From the IMG/VR virus record IMGVR_UViG_3300032224_000809, positions 1 to 64,000 of that record: DNA of 64,000 nucleotides; one strand, written 5' to 3'. The position numbers and the translations under genes were made by a program. Positions 57,533 through 64,000 of this stretch are shown here, one piece after another; the stretch's first letter is position 1, and each line of letters starts with the position of its first letter. The notes under the pieces are model-generated. The model was not told where the DNA came from. It did not search any database and was given only the letters and a program-made list of their open reading frames with translations. This DNA is from a virus.

Positions 57533-58377
57533 ATTTAAACTACATTATATTTTGCCCTTTCCATAATAACAGTCGCACACCAGCAGGAGAGGTTCACAAA
57601 GAGAATGGATTGTTTTTCTGTTTCTCTTGTCAAAAGACCGCACCTCTTATTGAGGTTGTCATGCATTCATCTGGCAGATCATATTTTGAGGCAGCAAGAT
57701 TTATAAAATCAAAAGAAGGTGAAACTAACCTTGAAGCAGAAGTACAAAAACAACTATACGCAAAACCAGAGTTCCTTCCATTTGACGAGGTAGTCTTAAA
57801 GCGTTTATACAATGGGTTGCTAGTTTCCGATAGAGCAAAAAACTATTTTAAATATAGAAAAATAAATACAGAATCCTGGTCAAAGTTTTCTTTGGGCTAC
57901 TCTATCAAGCAGGATATGGTTACAGTCCCAGTACACAGTCCAGACGGAATGCCTATAGGTTTTGTTGGAAGATCTGTTGAGGGTAAAGAGTTTAAGAATA
58001 CTCCAGGTCTACCAAAAGCAAAGACTTTATTTAATTTGCATAGAGTAAAGACATCTGATAATGTCTATATAGTTGAGTCATCATTTGACGCTATTAGGTT
58101 AGATCAGGTTGGAATCCCATCAGTAGCAACTCTTGGGGCAAACGTGTCTAAAGCACAAGTAGAATTGCTTCAGAAATATTTCAACAACATTATAGTTGTT
58201 GCAGATAATGATGAAGCGGGAGGAAATATGAAAGACAGGATAATTGAAAAACTTGGATCTCGTGTTTCCGTTATAAAGTTAGATAAACAATATAAAGACA
58301 TAGGCGACATGGATGACGATTCAATTGCTGGGTTACAGTTCCAGTTTGACAAATCTATCATGTCTATGCTAAACTAA
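57433..58377 (+). CDS. dnaG: DNA primase (CHC2 zinc finger + TOPRIM)
   Basis: CPFH...CFSC, GFVGR, VESSFDA, DNDEAG, KD. Confidence 0.92.
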   Translation: MDRWNRRAQGDLYTAEQIKRVLTGAGIEVESDLDLNYIIFCPFHNNSRTPAGEVHKENGLFFCFSCQKTAPLIEVVMHSSGRSYFEAARFIKSKEGETNLEAEVQKQLYAKPEFLPFDEVVLKRLYNGLLVSDRAKNYFKYRKINTESWSKFSLGYSIKQDMVTVPVHSPDGMPIGFVGRSVEGKEFKNTPGLPKAKTLFNLHRVKTSDNVYIVESSFDAIRLDQVGIPSVATLGANVSKAQVELLQKYFNNIIVVADNDEAGGNMKDRIIEKLGSRVSVIKLDKQYKDIGDMDDDSIAGLQFQFDKSIMSMLN

Positions 58378-58401
58378 GATAACAACACAAAGGAGAATAA
58401 T

Positions 58402-59058
58402 ATGAGCGTAGTAAAGGGACTAAAAGCAATCAATGCCCTGCTCGATAAGCCAAAGTATGATGAAAACTCACCGAAGGTAAAGTGGCTAAAACTTGCTGAC
58501 GGTCAAGCAGTAAAGATTCGTTTCATTGAAGAATTAGACGATGAATCTGCAAACTACAATGAAAGTCGTGGACTTGCACTTGTAGTTAAGGAACACACAA
58601 ATCCAAAGGACTACAAGCGCAAGGCTGTAGACACAATGGAATCAGAAGGCCGTGACTGGGCTGAAGAAATGCACCGCAAGGATCCAAAGGCTGGATGGCG
58701 AGCACGTCTTCGTTTCTATTGCAACGTTCTTGTTGACGATGGAATTGAAAAGCCATATGTTGCAATTTGGTCAATGGGTGTTAGTAAGCAATCAGCATTC
58801 AATACAATTCGTGAGTATGCCCTAGAAACAGGAAGCATCTCCAATCTTGTTTGGAAGGTAAAGCGTAATGGTCAGGGAACTGAAACAAGTTACACTTTGA
58901 TTCCATCTGCTCCAGATAAGGAACCATTCAACTGGGAAGGCACAGAGCCATATCCTCTTGAACTTGCACTTCGTAACATTCCTTACGCAGAACAAGAAGC
59001 ATTCTACTTGGGCTTTGATGGCCCAACAACCACATCTGCAACAAACGCAGACTGGTAA
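58402..59058 (+). CDS. single-stranded DNA-binding protein (gp32-like)
   Basis: KL.DG...IRF, KRNGQG..TSY; lies between primase and polymerase. Confidence 0.65.
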   Translation: MSVVKGLKAINALLDKPKYDENSPKVKWLKLADGQAVKIRFIEELDDESANYNESRGLALVVKEHTNPKDYKRKAVDTMESEGRDWAEEMHRKDPKAGWRARLRFYCNVLVDDGIEKPYVAIWSMGVSKQSAFNTIREYALETGSISNLVWKVKRNGQGTETSYTLIPSAPDKEPFNWEGTEPYPLELALRNIPYAEQEAFYLGFDGPTTTSATNADW

Positions 59059-59060
59059 GA

Positions 59061-62000
59061 ATGAACTACGTAGGTTTACACGTCCACACACACTATTCAT
59101 TATTTGATGGTGTTGCTACTCCAGAAGAATACGTTGACCGTGCAGTTGAGTTGGGGATGCCAGCAATTGCTATCACCGACCACGGTACTTTATCTGGGCA
59201 CAGGGAACTGCACCGTGTTGCAAAAGCAAAGGGCGTTAAACCGATTCTAGGTCTAGAAGGATACATGTGTGCAGATATATCTGATACACGAGATAAATCT
59301 GAAAGAGAAGGTCAACAAGATCTTGTCTACAATCACATTATCCTTCTAGCCAAGAATAAAATTGGCTTAGAGAATTTGAATAAGATTAGCGAACTATCTT
59401 GGACTGATGGATTCTTTAAGAAGCCAAGGTTTGACTTTACAGTATTAGAAAAATATAAAGAAGGAATTATTGTAACTTCTGCATGCCCAAGTAGTGTTTT
59501 GGTCAAAGCCTTAGAAGAAGAAGAGTTTGCACTTGCCAAGAAGTACATCTCCTGGTTTAAAGATCGTTTTGGAGATGACTACTACATTGAAGTAATGCCT
59601 CATAATGAAGCAAGTATAAATAAGCATCTCATTGCCTTGGCAGATGAATTTAATATTAAAGTTGTTGTGACTCCAGATTGTCACCATGTTGACCCATCAC
59701 AAAAAGAAATTCAAGAGTTTAAATTATTAATGAACACCCACGGCAAAATAAGTAAAGATACAACCTATGCAAAGTCAGCAAAGATTGAATCTATGATGGA
59801 GCGCCTTGACTACCTATATGGGGAAGATCGTCAAATAACATTTAATAAATTTGATATTCACCTTCTATCCTATGAAGAGATTAAGACTGCCATGGAATCG
59901 CAGGGGATAGACAGAGCAGACATCTACTCAAACACATTACTATTATCAGATACAGTGGAAGACTACGGCATAGAAGAAGGCTTAAATTTGCTTCCAGTGC
60001 AGTATAAGAGTCCAGACAAGCAATTGCGAAAGATTGCATTTGAAGGTTTAGAGTTAAAAGGTTTGTCAGATAATGAAGAATATGTTGCTAGAGTTGAAGA
60101 AGAATTAGAGATTATTAAAAATAAGAAGTTTGCTCCGTACTTCCTTGTTGTTCAAAGCATGATTGCTTGGGCAAAGAAGGAAGGAATTATGGTTGGTCCT
60201 GGCCGTGGCTCTGCAGCAGGTTCTTTAGTATGCTACGCACTTGGAATAACAGATGTTGATCCATTAAAGTATGGACTACTGTTCTTTCGTTTTATTAATC
60301 CAGAACGTAACGATTTCCCAGATATTGACACGGACATTCAAGATTCTCGCCGTGATGAGGTTAAAGACTATTTAGTTAGACAGTATAGACACGTTGCATC
60401 TATTGCTACCTTCTTACAGTTTAAAGATAAAGGAGTCGTACGAGATGTTGCACGAGTATTAAATATTCCATTAACAGATGTTAATAAGGTTCTGAAGATG
60501 GTTGATACCTGGGATGAATACTGTACCTCAAAATCAACTAGAGAGTTTAGAGATAAATATCCAGAGGTGGAGATGTATGGAGAACAACTACGTGGTCGAA
60601 TTAGGGGTACTGGTATTCACGCTGCAGGAGTTGTTACTAGTAAAGATCCAATCTTTAGGTATGCGCCGATGGAAACTCGCTCTTCTCCTGGATCTGACGA
60701 TAGGATTCCAGTGGTTGGCGTTGACATGGAAGAAGCGGAAAGAATTGGTCTAATTAAGATTGACGCACTTGGATTAAAAACGCTAAGCGTTATTCAAGAT
60801 GCAGTTGCAATGATTAAAGAAAACCACTATAAGGATATTAATTTAGATTCTCTTGATCTTGCAGATCCAAAAGTTTATGAAATGCTTTCTGATGGATATA
60901 CTAAAGGTGTATTCCAGTGTGAAGCAACTCCATATACAAACCTTCTTGTAAAAATGGGGGTAAAGAATTTTAACGAACTTGCTGCATCTAACGCACTAGT
61001 TAGACCAGGAGCAATGAATACAATTGGCAAGGACTATATTGCACGTAAGCATGGCAAGCAAAATGTTTCTTATAGTCATCAAATTATGAAACCATTCACG
61101 GAGGATACCTATGGCTGCATCCTATACCAGGAGCAAGTTATGCAAGCATGCGTACACCTTGGACAAATGTCCATGTCGGAAGCAGATAAAGTTAGAAAAA
61201 TCATTGGAAAGAAAAAAGATGCTAAAGATTTTGACGAGTTCAAAGAAAAGTTTGTCGAGGGTGCTTCTGCCTTTATTAGTCCCAATCAGGCTCGTGATCT
61301 ATGGCATGACTTTGAAGCACATGCTGGGTACTCGTTCAACAAGTCTCATGCGGTTGCTTACTCTACGCTCTCGTATTGGACGGCGTGGCTAAAGTATTAT
61401 TATCCACTTGAGTTTATGTTTGCTCTTCTAAAGAATGAGAAGGATAAAGACAATAGAACTGGATATCTTATTGAGGCAAAACGTATTGGTATTTCAATAA
61501 AACTTCCACACATTAACGACTCCGACTTTGACTTTAAAATTGAAGGCAAGGGCATTAGGTTTGGACTTACTGCAATTAAGTATATTTCTAATAACATTGC
61601 TGAAAAGTATATTGCTGCTAGACCTTTTAAATCTTATAAAGAAGTAGAAGAGTTTACTTTTACAAAAGGTAATGGAGTTAACAGCCGTGCACTACAGGCT
61701 ATGAATATGATTGGCGCACTAACATTTCCAGACAATGAAAGAAATGATACTCAGATTAAAGAAAACCTTTATGAGTATTTAAACCTTCCAGAATTTAATA
61801 TCACTATCCCCTCACACTATTACGCATTTATTCAGGAAGTATGTGATTTTGAAGAGAAGGGATCTTATATACTTCTAGGCATGGTTAAAGCAATTAAACG
61901 AGGAACTGGCTGGTCAAGAGTTGAGGTATTAGATAAGACTGGCAGTGTTGGAATCTTTGATGATGAGGGAACAACTATTGAGACTGGTCGTACTTACCTA

Positions 62001-62336
62001 ATTCTTGCAAATGATAATAGGATTGTTTCTGCAGTTCCTGCTGATGAAATAAAAACATCAAGCAACGCATTAGTAAAATTTCTTAGTTACAAGCAGTTAC
62101 CCTTTACCGAAGAGGAAATGTTTGTGGTATCCTTTAAGCCAAGGATTACAAAAACTGGAAAAAAGATGGCATCATTAACACTTGCTGATACATCTAGAGA
62201 TCTTCACTCTATCACAGTATTCCCTACATCTTTTGCTAGAGCATACATGAATCTAGAAGAAGGAAAATCTTATAAGTTTAGTTTTGGAAAGACAAAAGAC
62301 GGGACAGTTACATTGGAGGATATACATGTCGGTTAG
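59061..62336 (+). CDS. dnaE: DNA polymerase III alpha subunit
   Basis: PHP HVHTHYS/TDHG, GRGSAAGS, PDIDTD, HAAG, KIDALGL, YSFNKSHA. Confidence 0.96.
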   Translation: MNYVGLHVHTHYSLFDGVATPEEYVDRAVELGMPAIAITDHGTLSGHRELHRVAKAKGVKPILGLEGYMCADISDTRDKSEREGQQDLVYNHIILLAKNKIGLENLNKISELSWTDGFFKKPRFDFTVLEKYKEGIIVTSACPSSVLVKALEEEEFALAKKYISWFKDRFGDDYYIEVMPHNEASINKHLIALADEFNIKVVVTPDCHHVDPSQKEIQEFKLLMNTHGKISKDTTYAKSAKIESMMERLDYLYGEDRQITFNKFDIHLLSYEEIKTAMESQGIDRADIYSNTLLLSDTVEDYGIEEGLNLLPVQYKSPDKQLRKIAFEGLELKGLSDNEEYVARVEEELEIIKNKKFAPYFLVVQSMIAWAKKEGIMVGPGRGSAAGSLVCYALGITDVDPLKYGLLFFRFINPERNDFPDIDTDIQDSRRDEVKDYLVRQYRHVASIATFLQFKDKGVVRDVARVLNIPLTDVNKVLKMVDTWDEYCTSKSTREFRDKYPEVEMYGEQLRGRIRGTGIHAAGVVTSKDPIFRYAPMETRSSPGSDDRIPVVGVDMEEAERIGLIKIDALGLKTLSVIQDAVAMIKENHYKDINLDSLDLADPKVYEMLSDGYTKGVFQCEATPYTNLLVKMGVKNFNELAASNALVRPGAMNTIGKDYIARKHGKQNVSYSHQIMKPFTEDTYGCILYQEQVMQACVHLGQMSMSEADKVRKIIGKKKDAKDFDEFKEKFVEGASAFISPNQARDLWHDFEAHAGYSFNKSHAVAYSTLSYWTAWLKYYYPLEFMFALLKNEKDKDNRTGYLIEAKRIGISIKLPHINDSDFDFKIEGKGIRFGLTAIKYISNNIAEKYIAARPFKSYKEVEEFTFTKGNGVNSRALQAMNMIGALTFPDNERNDTQIKENLYEYLNLPEFNITIPSHYYAFIQEVCDFEEKGSYILLGMVKAIKRGTGWSRVEVLDKTGSVGIFDDEGTTIETGRTYLILANDNRIVSAVPADEIKTSSNALVKFLSYKQLPFTEEEMFVVSFKPRITKTGKKMASLTLADTSRDLHSITVFPTSFARAYMNLEEGKSYKFSFGKTKDGTVTLEDIHVG

Positions 62337-63336
62337 TTTAGAAGAAGCGTTTGCACAACTAGATCCAAAGTTGAGAAAGAAATTAGGCAATGGTGTTGGA
62401 GTTTCGTATGAGTTTCAGCCAACGCCAAGTTTTGGATTAAATAAGGCTCTAGGCGGTGGCTTGCCATACGGAAGACAAGTTCTTATCTGGGGATCAAAGT
62501 CCTCTGCAAAGTCCTCTATGTGCCTTCAGATGATTGCTCTAGCACAGTCAGAAGGAAAGTTATGTGCTTGGATTGATTCAGAAATGTCATACTCAGAAGG
62601 CTGGGCCAGACAACTTGGGGTAGATCCAGAAAAATTAATTTACTCACAGGCAAGAACTATCAGTGATATGGTAGATGTTGGTGTAGGTCTAATGAATGCA
62701 GGAGTTGATTTAATCGTGGTAGACTCTATTACATCAATGCTTCCTGCAATTTATTTTGAAAAGGACACTGATGAGATGAAGGCTTTAGAAAATACAAAGC
62801 AGATTGGAGCAGAATCCCGTGACTTTAGCAATGCATGGAAGATGCTTAACTATGCTAATAATAAAGTTAAGCCTACTTTGCTTGTCCTTATTAGCCAGTC
62901 TCGTAATAATATTAATGCTATGTATACTAGCCAGCAGCCTTCTGGTGGTCAGGCTACTAAGTTTTATTCCTCTTGCATTATTAAGTTATTTAGTTCCGAG
63001 TCCGACAATCAGGCGATTAAAGGAAAGATTAAAGTAGGAGATAAATTGATTGAGGAAAAGGTTGGAAGAAAAATTAAGTGGGAACTTCAGTTCTCAAAAA
63101 CTTCCCCAGGATTTCAATCAGGAGAATATGATTTCTATTTCAGAGGAGACTCAATCGGCTTAGATGCAGTTGGAGATCTTGTTGATACAGCAGAATTAGT
63201 TGGCCTAGTTGAAAGAACTGGGGCTTGGTACTTGTTGCCAGACGGAACTAAAGTTCAGGGTAGAGATGGATTTATTAATCGTGTTAGAGAAGATCTTGAT
63301 TTACAAGATGATCTTAAAAGAAAGTTGTCTTCATGA
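62326..63336 (+). CDS. recA: RecA/UvsX-like recombinase
   Basis: LGGGLPYGR, WIDSE, VVDSI, ISQ.R, GG...KFY, GAWY; variant Walker A GSKSSAKS. Confidence 0.88.
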   Translation: MSVSLEEAFAQLDPKLRKKLGNGVGVSYEFQPTPSFGLNKALGGGLPYGRQVLIWGSKSSAKSSMCLQMIALAQSEGKLCAWIDSEMSYSEGWARQLGVDPEKLIYSQARTISDMVDVGVGLMNAGVDLIVVDSITSMLPAIYFEKDTDEMKALENTKQIGAESRDFSNAWKMLNYANNKVKPTLLVLISQSRNNINAMYTSQQPSGGQATKFYSSCIIKLFSSESDNQAIKGKIKVGDKLIEEKVGRKIKWELQFSKTSPGFQSGEYDFYFRGDSIGLDAVGDLVDTAELVGLVERTGAWYLLPDGTKVQGRDGFINRVREDLDLQDDLKRKLSS

Positions 63337-63884
63337 TAAAATCTGCATTTGTTTTAAAAAATATATTCTCTGCCGAAGAGGTTGAAAAATTAAAAAGTTT
63401 TATTCAAATTCAGAGTGAGGGTAGAGAAACTTTAAATTTTCTCAACCCAGAGCCAGTAGATCCAGATAAGGCAAATCATATAAAGATATATTCAAAATGG
63501 GGAAGAAGAGATATTCCCCAGGTTAGGTTACCATCACAAGTTACAGATAGAGTACAGAAAATTATTAATGATACCTTTACTGATGGAAAATACTTTGTTA
63601 ATTCAAATGAAATATTAGTTTCAACATACTCAGCAGAATACGGTACTCCAAACCTGCAAGGACACAAAGATGGTGGCACCTCTTCATTTTTAGTTGACTA
63701 CCAACTAGACTCCAACACCAACTGGGATATTACTGTTGACGGAAAAGATTATTCTATTAGCAATAACGATGCCGTAGTTTTTAATCCAGTAAAATTTGAA
63801 CACTCAAGACCATCTAAGATTTTTTCTGATCGTGAATTTATTACTATGATTTATTTTAGGTTTACTAGACAAGGCGATAAGTAA
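63333..63884 (+). CDS. putative 2OG-Fe(II) oxygenase
   Basis: P.L..HKD...DYQL..N..W...HSR...MIYF. Confidence 0.6.
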   Translation: MIKSAFVLKNIFSAEEVEKLKSFIQIQSEGRETLNFLNPEPVDPDKANHIKIYSKWGRRDIPQVRLPSQVTDRVQKIINDTFTDGKYFVNSNEILVSTYSAEYGTPNLQGHKDGGTSSFLVDYQLDSNTNWDITVDGKDYSISNNDAVVFNPVKFEHSRPSKIFSDREFITMIYFRFTRQGDK

Positions 63885-63885
63885 C

Positions 63886-64000
63886 TTGGCATCTTATACA
63901 GTTTATTCTGGTCAATGGCCTTGCCATACCTGTAAAACAGTAGTCTTAACGCTAAGATGTTATGCTGAGACAAAGACGCTGACCTGGATGTGTAAAGATA
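63886..64000 (+). CDS. partial Cys-containing protein (runs off the window)
   Basis: TTG start, ...WPCHTCK...WMCKD. Confidence 0.45.
   Translation, partial: MASYTVYSGQWPCHTCKTVVLTLRCYAETKTLTWMCKD

Noticed and set aside
1-64000. tRNA/rRNA genes, integrase, transposase or stop-codon recoding
   Set aside because: None recognised by eye; long core ORFs are intact in the standard code and use all three stops. A tRNAscan run would be needed to fully exclude tRNAs

Overview
A 64-kb, AT-rich segment of a large tailed dsDNA phage with siphovirus-type morphogenesis. The host is probably a low-GC actinobacterium. This is inferred from a PASTA domain, the DnaE polymerase, many leaderless genes and GACAC/CRP-like sites. 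Layout: (1) 1-6.7 kb, divergent early region of tiny translationally coupled ORFs, sigma70-type promoters and several repeated regulatory motifs; (2) 6.7-22.5 kb, tail-fibre and accessory structural block; (3) class II RNR and a 2OG oxygenase; (4) portal, protease/scaffold, capsid, neck, tail tube, tail chaperones, 2862-aa tape measure and tail tip; (5) DnaB, primase, SSB, DnaE and RecA. The most striking observation is a cassette present twice with different contents: [fibre/adaptor gene ending in a shared ~90-aa domain] -> [protein with a low-complexity peptide array fused directly to a C-terminal Hint/BIL autoprocessing domain] -> [tailoring enzymes: 2OG-Fe(II) oxygenases, plus a sulfotransferase in one copy]. 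One copy carries 38 Thr-Ile-Asn/Asp/Ala triplets and the other carries FSPFGVFG repeats. This looks like a RiPP-like system for processing and modifying virion proteins. Other notable points are duplicated G and GT tail chaperone genes in place of a frameshift, helically phased CRP-like sites, two perfect DnaA boxes, a box-hairpin-box leader element and a candidate ~50-nt sRNA. All calls were made by eye from motifs; no database searches were run.
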